64,000 nt of DNA from the NCBI GenBank assembly GCA_963713975.1, contig OY970218.1, forward strand, positions 1,536,001 through 1,600,000, in the 5' to 3' direction. Positions within the stretch are counted from its first letter, which is position 1, and each line of letters begins with the position of its first letter. This stretch comes from an uncultured Chloroflexia bacterium. Lineage in GTDB: Bacteria; Chloroflexota; Limnocylindria; Limnocylindrales; CSP1-4. Both the position numbers and the translations under genes were made by a program. The notes under the pieces are model-generated. The model ran no database searches, was not told where the DNA came from, and worked only from the letters and a program-made list of their open reading frames with translations. Of the stretch, positions 49,923 to 62,952 are shown piece by piece.

Positions 49923-50722
49923 GAGCGGGCTGCCTCCCGACCCAATCCGACGGTGACCGCGGCGTAGCGTTGCCGGCGCACCACTTGCACGGCTTCCATG
50001 AGCTCGGCGACCCGATCGCCCGAGACGTCGCCGGCGGCGGTCTGCGTCGCCTTGAGCGAGGTGCCGACGATCGCGGCATCCGCGATCGCCAAGGCCTCGG
50101 CGCAGTTCGCGGGCGTGATTCCCGCCCCGACGACCAGGGGGAACTCGACGCCCATGAGGGTCCGGAAGGTCTCGATCTTCTCGATCGAGGTCTCCATGCC
50201 GGTCCCGTCGCCGGTGACGACGACGGCGTCGCAGCGCTCCAGCCCGACGCGCAGGTCAACCGCTAAGTCGTTGCCCGATAGTACGGGCTGGTACTTGAAG
50301 CGGACCCCGCCCAGCAGCAGCGCGTCGTTCCGCGCGCGTAGGGCGCGGAGCTCCTCGGCAAAGCGGAGGTCGTCGGCCGGCGATAGATGCCCCGCCACCG
50401 AGTCCATCTGGACGAAGGCCGGGCCGTACCGGGCCGCCAGCGCGAACGAGGCGGCTCCGTCGTCGAGCACGTTGACACCGACCGGGACACCGGGCGGGTC
50501 CGACGCGAACTGGTCGAGGACCGCCTCGACGTCCTGTGGCGAGCCGAAGTAATCCTCGACCACCAGGCCGTCGATCCCGTTGGCGGCCAGGGTCCGGGCC
50601 TCGCGGACCGCGCGGGCCACGATGTCCGCCTGTCCGACCCCACTGAGGTGGAGCATGCCCAGGATCGGGCGATCGATCGGGAATACGCGACGGAACCGCG
50701 ACCGGGCCAGCGCGGCGCTCAC
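49919..50722 (-). CDS. BtpA/SgcQ family protein
   Basis: PILGMLHL, GIDGLVVE, GVNVL, RFKY, DAVVVTGDGTG, VGAG, IVGTSLK. Confidence 0.85.
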   Translation of the reverse strand: MSAALARSRFRRVFPIDRPILGMLHLSGVGQADIVARAVREARTLAANGIDGLVVEDYFGSPQDVEAVLDQFASDPPGVPVGVNVLDDGAASFALAARYGPAFVQMDSVAGHLSPADDLRFAEELRALRARNDALLLGGVRFKYQPVLSGNDLAVDLRVGLERCDAVVVTGDGTGMETSIEKIETFRTLMGVEFPLVVGAGITPANCAEALAIADAAIVGTSLKATQTAAGDVSGDRVAELMEAVQVVRRQRYAAVTVGLGREAARS

Positions 50723-51450
50723 GGGTTGGTCTCGTCGGGGTCGGGGAGCGATGTCGTGAGGTTGAACTGGATCCGCGACGAGTACACGATGGCGATGCGC
50801 TCGATCTCCGCCTGGTGCTGGTCGAAGGCACTTCCCTCGGCGCGCAGCAGGGCGCCAACGTCCGACGACTCGCCCAGGACGGCGCGGGTCCGGTCGCTCG
50901 GGACCTCCGCCGTGAGGCGGACGCTTGTCCGGCGCGGACGACGGCCGTGAACCGACCTGAAGTACTCGTACAGCGAGCGATTCTCGAAGTCCACGTCCTC
51001 GATCCCGGGGAAGAGGTCGAGCGGGACCCACGACGTGTCGAGCGAGAGGTACTCCGTCCCGCGCTCGCTCCGGACCCCGCGCAACCGGACCAGTTCGTGG
51101 AACGCGCGGCCGTCGAGCTCGACGCGACGGCCCGAGATCACCTTTGCCACCGCCGTCTCCGAGCGTCCGCGGAGGCTGTCCGTGAAGCCGCCGAGGTTCC
51201 AGATGTTGTGCTGGATCGGTTGGAGTTGGACGAAGGTGCCCTTGCCCTGGGCGCGCCGCACGAGGCCATCGGACTCCAGCACGTCGATCGCCGCGCGGAC
51301 GGTGCCCCGGGTCGTGCCGAACATCTCCACGAGCCTGGCCTCGGAGGGGATCGCATCGCCCATCCGGAGATCGCCATCGAGGATCAGGCCGCGCACGTAG
51401 CGGCTGATGTGCACGTAGAGCGGGGTGTAGTCGGCAGGCCCCGGCAGCAT
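50719..51450 (-). CDS. GntR family regulator (HutC/UTRA)
   Basis: IPSEARL..FGTTRGTVRAA, QGKGTFV, UTRA-like SLYE. Confidence 0.92.
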   Translation of the reverse strand: MLPGPADYTPLYVHISRYVRGLILDGDLRMGDAIPSEARLVEMFGTTRGTVRAAIDVLESDGLVRRAQGKGTFVQLQPIQHNIWNLGGFTDSLRGRSETAVAKVISGRRVELDGRAFHELVRLRGVRSERGTEYLSLDTSWVPLDLFPGIEDVDFENRSLYEYFRSVHGRRPRRTSVRLTAEVPSDRTRAVLGESSDVGALLRAEGSAFDQHQAEIERIAIVYSSRIQFNLTTSLPDPDETNP

Positions 51451-51475
51451 GACTACCTCGTTGAGTCATCTACTC

Positions 51476-51483
51476 GTCTAGAC
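51476..51483. promoter_or_regulatory. HutC-type GntR operator core
   Basis: Palindrome GTCTAGAC 25 nt upstream of the GntR start; TTGACA on minus strand at 51507-51512. Confidence 0.6.
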
Positions 51484-51566
51484 ATGTTGGGTGGTGGAGC
51501 AGCGCCTGTCAACACGGAATGCGCCCAGGGTGCGGAGCCGCACGTCCCGCTCCTACAATCAACGCC

Positions 51567-52796
51567 ATGACCCGAACACTCGACCGCCCGCTCCGCGAGA
51601 CCTGGATCATCGATGCCGTCCGGACGCCCATCGGACGCTATGGAGGAGCCCTCGGCGCCGTCCGCCCCGACGACCTGGCCGCGCTCGTGCTCCGGGCGAT
51701 CGTGGGCCGCACCGGGATCGACCCGGCCCTGGTCGAGGACGTGATCCTCGGCTGTGCCAACCAGGCCGGGGAGGACAATCGGAACGTGGCCCGGATGGCG
51801 GCGCTCCTGGCCGGCTTCCCGGTGGAGGTCGCGGGCCAGACCGTCAACCGGCTGTGCGGGTCCGGCCTCCAGGCGGTCAACTCCGCGGCCCACGCGATCG
51901 GAGCGGGTGACGGGGACGTGTTCATCGCCGGTGGTGTGGAGTCCATGACCCGCGCGCCATACGTGATGCTCAAGCCCGAGGCCGCGTACGACCGTGGAGC
52001 GCGGGCGCTGGAGGACACGACGCTGGGCTGGCGGTTCGTCAACCCGCGGATGCAGGAGCTCTACCCGCCGATCTCCCTGGGCGAGACCGCGGAGCGTGTC
52101 GCGGACCAGTGGAGCGTCACGCGGGACCGCCAGGACGCCTTCGCGCTCGAGAGCCAGCGACGGGCGGTGGCGGCCATCGAGGACGGGCGGTTCGCGGACC
52201 AGCTGGTGCCGGTCCCGGTCCCGGGCCGGAAGGGTGCCGTGACCGTGGTGGACCGTGACGAGCACCCGCGCGCGGACACCACCCCGGAGGCCCTCGCCAG
52301 GCTCCGGCCCGCCTTCCGGGCGGGCGGATCCGTGACCGCCGGCAACAGCTCCGGTATCAACGACGGCGCTGCTGCGCTGCTGCTGGTCGACGCGGGGCTC
52401 GCACGGGAGCTGGGGCTCCGGCCCCTGGCACGGATCGTGGCGACCGCTGTGGCAGGAGTTCACCCGGACGTGATGGGCATCGGCCCGGTGCCGGCCGTGC
52501 GCAAGGCGCTCGCGCGTGCCGGGCTGGCGGCCGGCGACCTGGACATCGTCGAGCTCAACGAGGCGTTCGCCAGCCAGTCCGTGGCATGCATGGACGAGCT
52601 CGGCCTCGATCCCGCGCGGGTGAACCCGAACGGCGGGGCGATCGCCCTCGGCCATCCGCTGGGTGCGTCCGGCGCCCGCCTGGCCACGATGCTGGTCCAC
52701 GAGCTGGCGCGGACCGGCGGGCGATACGGGATCGCCGCGATGTGCATCGGGGTGGGTCAGGGGATCGCGACGATCGTGGAGCGCGCCGAGGACTAG
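51567..52796 (+). CDS. Thiolase (PaaJ/PcaF-like)
   Basis: [42 protein letters not shown]. Confidence 0.93.
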   Translation: MTRTLDRPLRETWIIDAVRTPIGRYGGALGAVRPDDLAALVLRAIVGRTGIDPALVEDVILGCANQAGEDNRNVARMAALLAGFPVEVAGQTVNRLCGSGLQAVNSAAHAIGAGDGDVFIAGGVESMTRAPYVMLKPEAAYDRGARALEDTTLGWRFVNPRMQELYPPISLGETAERVADQWSVTRDRQDAFALESQRRAVAAIEDGRFADQLVPVPVPGRKGAVTVVDRDEHPRADTTPEALARLRPAFRAGGSVTAGNSSGINDGAAALLLVDAGLARELGLRPLARIVATAVAGVHPDVMGIGPVPAVRKALARAGLAAGDLDIVELNEAFASQSVACMDELGLDPARVNPNGGAIALGHPLGASGARLATMLVHELARTGGRYGIAAMCIGVGQGIATIVERAED

Positions 52797-52943
52797 CGAT
52801 CTCGCGGCCGGCGGCTCGCGGCCGGCGCCCTGCGGCGGTGTTTTCGGCGGGGTGCTGGACGAAATCCGTTGCGGTGCGTACGATCGGCCGTGCCCGCACC
52901 CGTCCCGGCGCGGAGCCAGCGACCCCCGAAGGAGACCGTTCCC

Positions 52944-53354
52944 ATGCTCGACGCCCAGCCGACCGTCGACGTCACGCCCGCCGTCGTCACCCCCGTCGTG
53001 TCGCTCACCGACGCAGCCGCCTCGAAGCTGGCCGAGCTGACGAAGGAAGAGACGAATCCCGAGATCGGCCTGCGCGTGTACGTGTACTCCGGCGGCTGCT
53101 CCGGGTATCGGTACGGGATGATGCTCGAGGACCAGCCCACCGCGGACGACAAGGTCCTGCATGTCAACGGCGTCCGCGTCTACATCGACGCCAACAGTGT
53201 GCCGCTCATCTCCGGCAGCGAGATCGACTACGTGGACACGCTCATGGGCGCGGGCTTCACGGTCAACAACCCGAACGCCGTCTCGGGCTGCGGCTGCGGC
53301 TCCTCCTTCCGCACCGCCGAGGAGGCGGGCACGCCCCGCTCCTGCTCCCACTGA
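52944..53354 (+). CDS. Fe-S cluster A-type carrier (IscA/ErpA/HesB)
   Basis: GGCSG, NPNA..CGCGSSF; SD AAGGAG. Confidence 0.93.
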   Translation: MLDAQPTVDVTPAVVTPVVSLTDAAASKLAELTKEETNPEIGLRVYVYSGGCSGYRYGMMLEDQPTADDKVLHVNGVRVYIDANSVPLISGSEIDYVDTLMGAGFTVNNPNAVSGCGCGSSFRTAEEAGTPRSCSH

Positions 53355-53359
53355 CCCGC

Positions 53360-53412
53360 GACGGGACCGGGTCCCGTCTCCCACCCGCGAGCCGCCGGGA
53401 TCCCGGCGGCTC
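53360..53412 (+). terminator. Two GC-rich hairpins after the IscA-like gene
   Basis: GACGGGACC-G-GGTCCCGTC (53360-53378) and perfect palindrome GAGCCGCCGGGATCCCGGCGGCTC (53389-53412); no U-tract. Confidence 0.45.
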
Positions 53413-53439
53413 TGCCATATCCAGGCCCGCCAGCGACCG

Positions 53440-54273
53440 ATGCAGATCCCGCTCTTCCCGCTCCACGCCGTCCTGGCGCCGGGGATCGTCCTGCCCCTGC
53501 ACGTCTTCGAGGAGCGCTACCGGCTGATGGTCAGCCGGTGCCTGGAGACATCCACCCCGTTCGGGGTCGTCCTCATCCGCGAGGGCAGCGAGGTCGCCCC
53601 ACGCGACGGCACCACCCAGGAGCTGGCGATCGCCGGCATCGGGACGTTCGCGGAGATCCGGCAGGCGAACCGGTTCGCCGATGGACACTGGTCCGTTCTG
53701 GCGGTGGGGACGGGTCGCTTCGTCATCCGCGATGTGCAGGGCGACGCGGAGCCGTACCTGCTTGCCGAGGTGGACCCCTACCCGGACGAGCCCGGGCGGG
53801 CCGATCCGGACGACGTCGAGTCCCTGGCAACGAGCGTGAGCCGGCGCTTCGTGGAGTACCTGCGCCTGCTGCAGCCGCGCGAGGGCGAGACGGCGAGCCC
53901 CATCGACGTCCAGCTGGAGGTCGGGATCGACGACGATGAGCCCGCGACCGACGGCGAGGCCTGGGACGACGACGACGAGGCCGCTGCGCCAACCGCGCTT
54001 ACGGGGGCAGACGCCCGCGAGCTCTCGCTGGACGATCCCGAAGGTGTTCGGGTCGCCCTGCGCATCCCGGACGACCCCAGCGCCCTCTCGTTCCTCCTGA
54101 CCGGCATCGTCCAGGTGGAGCCGGATCGCCGGCAGGCCCTGCTCGAGGCGGCGGGTGCCGAGGAACGCCTGCGGTCCATCGACGCGCTGCTGGACCGGGA
54201 GCTGCTGCTGCTCGACCGGCGCCTGGCGCCGTTTGCCGTCGATCGTCTGGGGCTGGCGTCCGAGGTGAACTAG
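53440..54273 (+). CDS. Stand-alone Lon N-terminal (substrate-binding) domain protein
   Basis: IPLFPL, LPLHVFEERY, FGVVLIREG, RQALLE. Confidence 0.88.
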   Translation: MQIPLFPLHAVLAPGIVLPLHVFEERYRLMVSRCLETSTPFGVVLIREGSEVAPRDGTTQELAIAGIGTFAEIRQANRFADGHWSVLAVGTGRFVIRDVQGDAEPYLLAEVDPYPDEPGRADPDDVESLATSVSRRFVEYLRLLQPREGETASPIDVQLEVGIDDDEPATDGEAWDDDDEAAAPTALTGADARELSLDDPEGVRVALRIPDDPSALSFLLTGIVQVEPDRRQALLEAAGAEERLRSIDALLDRELLLLDRRLAPFAVDRLGLASEVN

Positions 54274-54306
54274 CCGCCAGGATCACGCCCGTCCGGGGCA
54301 TGGGTC

Positions 54307-54350
54307 GGCCGGTCCCAACGGCGTGGGGGGAAACGCCATCGGGACCGGCC
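54307..54350. terminator. Strong stem-loop downstream of Lon-N gene
   Basis: GGCCGGTCCC...GGGACCGGCC with inner GGCGT/ACGCC pairing. Confidence 0.45.
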
Positions 54351-54441
54351 ATGGTGTGAGCGTGCGTTATCGATTGTGCGCGTGCCTGATAGTAGCGTTT
54401 GCTACCGTGCCCGCAAGCGCGGATTCGCCATACTGTGTGAC

Positions 54442-55071
54442 GTGGTCCAGGAGTCGTACGCGCGTCGGCGCCGCATTCCCTCGCAGCCGCGCTCGCGGGA
54501 GACGGTGGAGGCGATCTGTGCCGCGGCCGCAGCGATCATCGAGGAGCAGGGGCTCACGGCCCTGACCACGAACGGCGTCGCGAGACGGGCGGGCGTGAGC
54601 ATCACCTCCGTCTACGCCTACTTCCCGGACAAGTGGGCGATCGTCCACGAGCTGTTCGAGCGGTTCGAGCGCCAGCGGCTCGAATTCCTGGAGGAAGTCT
54701 TCGCCGGGATCGCGGCTTCGCCGGACTGGCGGTCAATGATCCGTGACACGTGGGATGGGTTGGTCCGTTTCCGCCTCGCGGTGCCCGCAGGCATTGCGCT
54801 CCGTCAGGCGATCAACGCGACGCCACACATGCGCAGGGTGGACCTCGCCGGATCGGAGCGCGCGGCGCGTGACTTCGCGGCCGGCATCGTTGCCCGCCGC
54901 CCCGATCTTGACCCTGACCAGGCATACCGGGTCGCCTGGACGGCGACGGTCACGGCTGGCGCGATCCTCGACGACGCGAGTCGAACGGGTGAGGCGGACT
55001 GGACGAAGATCGAGGAGGGCAAGCGGCTGATCATCGGGTACCTGGCGCCGTACATGGATCCGCCGCAGTGA
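54442..55071 (+). CDS. TetR/AcrR family regulator
   Basis: PSQPRSRETV, TTNGVARRAGVSITSVYAYFPDK; CATACT 7 nt before GTG. Confidence 0.9.
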   Translation: MVQESYARRRRIPSQPRSRETVEAICAAAAAIIEEQGLTALTTNGVARRAGVSITSVYAYFPDKWAIVHELFERFERQRLEFLEEVFAGIAASPDWRSMIRDTWDGLVRFRLAVPAGIALRQAINATPHMRRVDLAGSERAARDFAAGIVARRPDLDPDQAYRVAWTATVTAGAILDDASRTGEADWTKIEEGKRLIIGYLAPYMDPPQ

Positions 55072-55117
55072 GGGCCCAGGGGGATCGAGTCCGGGGATGC
55101 CCGGAGCGTCGTCGCGG

Positions 55118-56584
55118 TCAGGCGCGGACCAGGTAGCGGTCCACGCCCTCGGCCGCCGCGCGGCCCTCGCCGATGGCCCACACGACCAGGGACTGGCCGC
55201 GGACGCAGTCGCCTGCCGCGAACACGCCCGGCACGCTCGTCATCCTGTCCGGCCCGGTGCGCACGTTGCCACGCGGGTCGAGGTCGCAATCGAACGCCCG
55301 CGGCAGGATCGGCTCGGGTCCGGTGAAGCCCAATGCGAGCAGCACGAGGTCGGCGGGGATTACCTGGGCCGTGCCCGGCACCTCGCGCATCGCCACGCGC
55401 CCGTCAGGGCCGGGCTGCCAGGAGACGTCCGCGATCTCCACCCCGGCGACGTGCTCGCTGTGGCCGATGAAGCGCCGGGTCGTGGTCGAGTACCGGCGGG
55501 GGTCCTCGCCCCAGAGCGCCGCGGCCTCCTCCTGGCCGTAGTCGAGCCTGTAGACACGGGGCCACTCGGGCCACGGGTTGTCGGAGGCGCGGGCGAGGGG
55601 CGGGCGGGCGAGCAGTTCCAGCTGGCGGACGCTGCGGGCCCCCTGCCGGATCGCCGTCCCGACGCAGTCGGTGCCGGTATCGCCGCCGCCGATCACGACC
55701 ACGTCCCGGTCCTGGGCGTCGATCGGGGCATCGGCGTCCGCGCCCCCGTCGAGCAGGCGTCGCGTGTTGCCACGCAGGAAGCTCATCGCGAGGTGGATGC
55801 CACCCAGCTCCCGGCCCGGGACGGCCAGGTCGCGCGCGACGGTGGACCCCGTCGCGAGCACGACGGCGTCGAAGGTCGCCGCGAGCTCCTCGGCCGTGAC
55901 GTCCGCACCGACGGTGACCCCCGTCCGGAACGTGACGCCCTCCTCGGCCATGAGCGCCGTCCGGCGGCCCACGACGTCCTTGTCCAGCTTCATGTTGGGG
56001 ATGCCGTACATCAGCAGCCCGCCGATGCGACCGGCCCGCTCGAAGACGGTCACGAGGTGCCCGGCCCGGTTGAGCTGGTCGGCCGCGGCGAGGCCGGCAG
56101 GGCCGGATCCCACGACCGCAACCGAGCGCCCGGTCCGGGCGAGTGGCGGCGAGGCCGTGATCCAGCCTTCCTCCCATGCCCGGTCGGCGATCTCCTGCTC
56201 GATCGTCTTGATCGCCACGGGGTCTCCGTTGAGGCCGACCGTGCAGGACCCCTCGCACGGCGCCGGACATACGCGGCCCGTGAACTCGGGGAAGTTGTTC
56301 GTCCGGTGGAGACGGATGGACGCCTCCCGCCACTGGCCGCGGTAGACGAGGTCGTTCCACTCCGGGACGAGGTTGTTGATCGGGCACCCCGAGGCCATGC
56401 CGCCGATGAGCGCCCCGGTGTGGCAGTACGGCACCCCGCAGTCCATGCACCGGGCGCCCTGCTCGGCCAGCTCGTCGCCGGACAGGCGAGGATGGTCCTC
56501 GCTCCAGTCCCGGATGCGTTCGAGGGGCGGTCGAGAGGGCTGGGAGCGGCGCGTGATCTCGATGAACCCCGTGGGCCTGCCCAT
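55118..56584 (-). CDS. gltD: Glutamate synthase small subunit
   Basis: RCMDCGVPYC, NNFPEFTGRVCPAPCE, GSGPAG, GGGDTGTDC, RGQSLVVWA. Confidence 0.96.
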   Translation of the reverse strand: MGRPTGFIEITRRSQPSRPPLERIRDWSEDHPRLSGDELAEQGARCMDCGVPYCHTGALIGGMASGCPINNLVPEWNDLVYRGQWREASIRLHRTNNFPEFTGRVCPAPCEGSCTVGLNGDPVAIKTIEQEIADRAWEEGWITASPPLARTGRSVAVVGSGPAGLAAADQLNRAGHLVTVFERAGRIGGLLMYGIPNMKLDKDVVGRRTALMAEEGVTFRTGVTVGADVTAEELAATFDAVVLATGSTVARDLAVPGRELGGIHLAMSFLRGNTRRLLDGGADADAPIDAQDRDVVVIGGGDTGTDCVGTAIRQGARSVRQLELLARPPLARASDNPWPEWPRVYRLDYGQEEAAALWGEDPRRYSTTTRRFIGHSEHVAGVEIADVSWQPGPDGRVAMREVPGTAQVIPADLVLLALGFTGPEPILPRAFDCDLDPRGNVRTGPDRMTSVPGVFAAGDCVRGQSLVVWAIGEGRAAAEGVDRYLVRA

Positions 56585-56600
56585 CAGACGAGCCCGCCCA

Positions 56601-61208
<4,608 letters not shown>

Positions 61209-61458
61209 GGCAGGTCTCCACCTTCGCCCCTCCTTGGGGGCCCGCAACCGTACGAAATCGGCCGGCCCGGGGCAGCCGCGCAGGGGTGATCGTTGGGTTG
61301 CGGTTCGGGGTCCGCGCGGTGTCGCGCCACGCACCACGGTCCGCAACCGAACCTAGCGGGGCCTGTGGCCTTGGCTACCATGCCGACGAACAGGGCCCGT
61401 GCTCCGCCCGTAGCCAGAGCGCGCCGCCCGTTGCAGCGCAGGCAGGAGGCGTCCCCCA

Positions 61459-62844
61459 ATGCCCGACAACGTTGCCCCGACCGCGGGCCGGCATGATCTG
61501 CGCGGCCTGGCCGCGCTCGTGTCGTCTGTCGCCTTCCCGGACGATCCGCGGTACGAACGGCTCACGGTCCCCTGGAACGTCGCGGTTCCCAGTCGGCCCC
61601 TTGCCGTTATCGAGGCCGCTGACGCGGGGGAGATATCCCGGACCCTCGCGTTCGCCTCCGCGAACGGGGTCCCGGTTGCCGTCCAGTGCACCGGCCACGG
61701 AGCCATGGACGATCTCGACGGTGCGGTGCTCGTGCTTACCGGCGGCCTGACCGAGTGCGTCGTGCATGCCGAGGCGCGGTCGGCGCGCGTCGGCGCGGGC
61801 CTGACCTGGCAGCCCGTGGTGGATGCCGCCGGGGCCCATGGCCTGGCGGCCCTGGCGGGATCCTCGCCCGGTGTGGGTGTCGTCGGATACACCACGGGCG
61901 GCGGCGTCGGTCCGCTCGCCCGGACCCTGGGCATCGCCTCCGACCGGGTGCGGGCGTTCGATGTCGTCACGGGTGACGGCGAGCTGCGACGCGTGTTGGC
62001 GGACGAGTATCCGGATCTGTTCTGGGGCCTGCGCGGGGGCAAGGGCGCGCTGGGCGTGGTCACCGCGGTGGAGTTCGACCTGCTGCCGATCCGCGAGATC
62101 TACGGCGGGGCCGTGTACTTCGAGGGGAGCTACGCGGCCGACCTGCTCGGGCGCTGGGCGGACTGGTGCGCCACCCTGCCACCAGAGGCGACCACGTCGA
62201 TCGCACTGATGCAGCTGCCGTCGATGCCCGGGGTGCCGGAGCCGCTGGCGGACCGCCTCACCGTCGCCGTCCGGTTCGCGTGGACCGGCGACCCGGACGC
62301 CGGTCGCGACGTCCTCGCCCCAATTCGGGGGATCGCTCCGCCGCTGCTCGACGGCGTCGGGCAGATCCCGTATCCCGCGCTCGGGTCGATCCATGCCGAT
62401 CCCATCGACCCGATGCCCTCCCAGGAGCATGGCGCCCTTCTCGCCTCGCTTCCGCCCGCCGCGATCGAAGCGATCCTCGCGCTCGCCGGGCCGGGATCCG
62501 GATCGCCCCAGCTGATGGTGGAGATCCGGCAGCTCGGCGGGGCGATCGCCGTCGCCGACGGGCCACCCAGCGCATTTCCCAGCCGTGACGCCGCGTTCTC
62601 GCTGTTCCTCGTCGGGCTCGCCGTACCACCGCTCATCGATGCCTTGAAGGGGCATGCCGCCACAATGGCCGACGCCCTGGAGCCATGGCTCACGGGCTGG
62701 GTCCACCCCAACTTCGCGCCGGGCAGCAGCGCTGAGCGGTTCCGCCGGGTGTACGACCCCGCCACGCTGCAACGGCTGGCGTCGCTCTCTGAGACCTATG
62801 ACCCGGCCGGGATCCTGGTGGCGGGTCGCGGCCTGCGGGGCTGA
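61459..62844 (+). CDS. FAD-binding oxidoreductase (VAO/BBE-like)
   Basis: TGHG, VGVVGYTTGGG, PDLFWGLRGG, YDP; SD AGGAGG. Confidence 0.9.
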   Translation: MPDNVAPTAGRHDLRGLAALVSSVAFPDDPRYERLTVPWNVAVPSRPLAVIEAADAGEISRTLAFASANGVPVAVQCTGHGAMDDLDGAVLVLTGGLTECVVHAEARSARVGAGLTWQPVVDAAGAHGLAALAGSSPGVGVVGYTTGGGVGPLARTLGIASDRVRAFDVVTGDGELRRVLADEYPDLFWGLRGGKGALGVVTAVEFDLLPIREIYGGAVYFEGSYAADLLGRWADWCATLPPEATTSIALMQLPSMPGVPEPLADRLTVAVRFAWTGDPDAGRDVLAPIRGIAPPLLDGVGQIPYPALGSIHADPIDPMPSQEHGALLASLPPAAIEAILALAGPGSGSPQLMVEIRQLGGAIAVADGPPSAFPSRDAAFSLFLVGLAVPPLIDALKGHAATMADALEPWLTGWVHPNFAPGSSAERFRRVYDPATLQRLASLSETYDPAGILVAGRGLRG

Positions 62845-62952
62845 GACGCGATCCCGTCACCGACGTCGTTCCGCATCGCTCGGGCAGGCCGTCCCCCGGG
62901 CCGGTGGCGCCGTGAGGATGTGCTCGGGCCACGGGACACGCATCATGGACGC

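Noticed and set aside
61209-61360. Canonical glutamine (glnA) riboswitch
   Set aside because: Conserved core not recognisable by eye; kept only as an unknown structured leader
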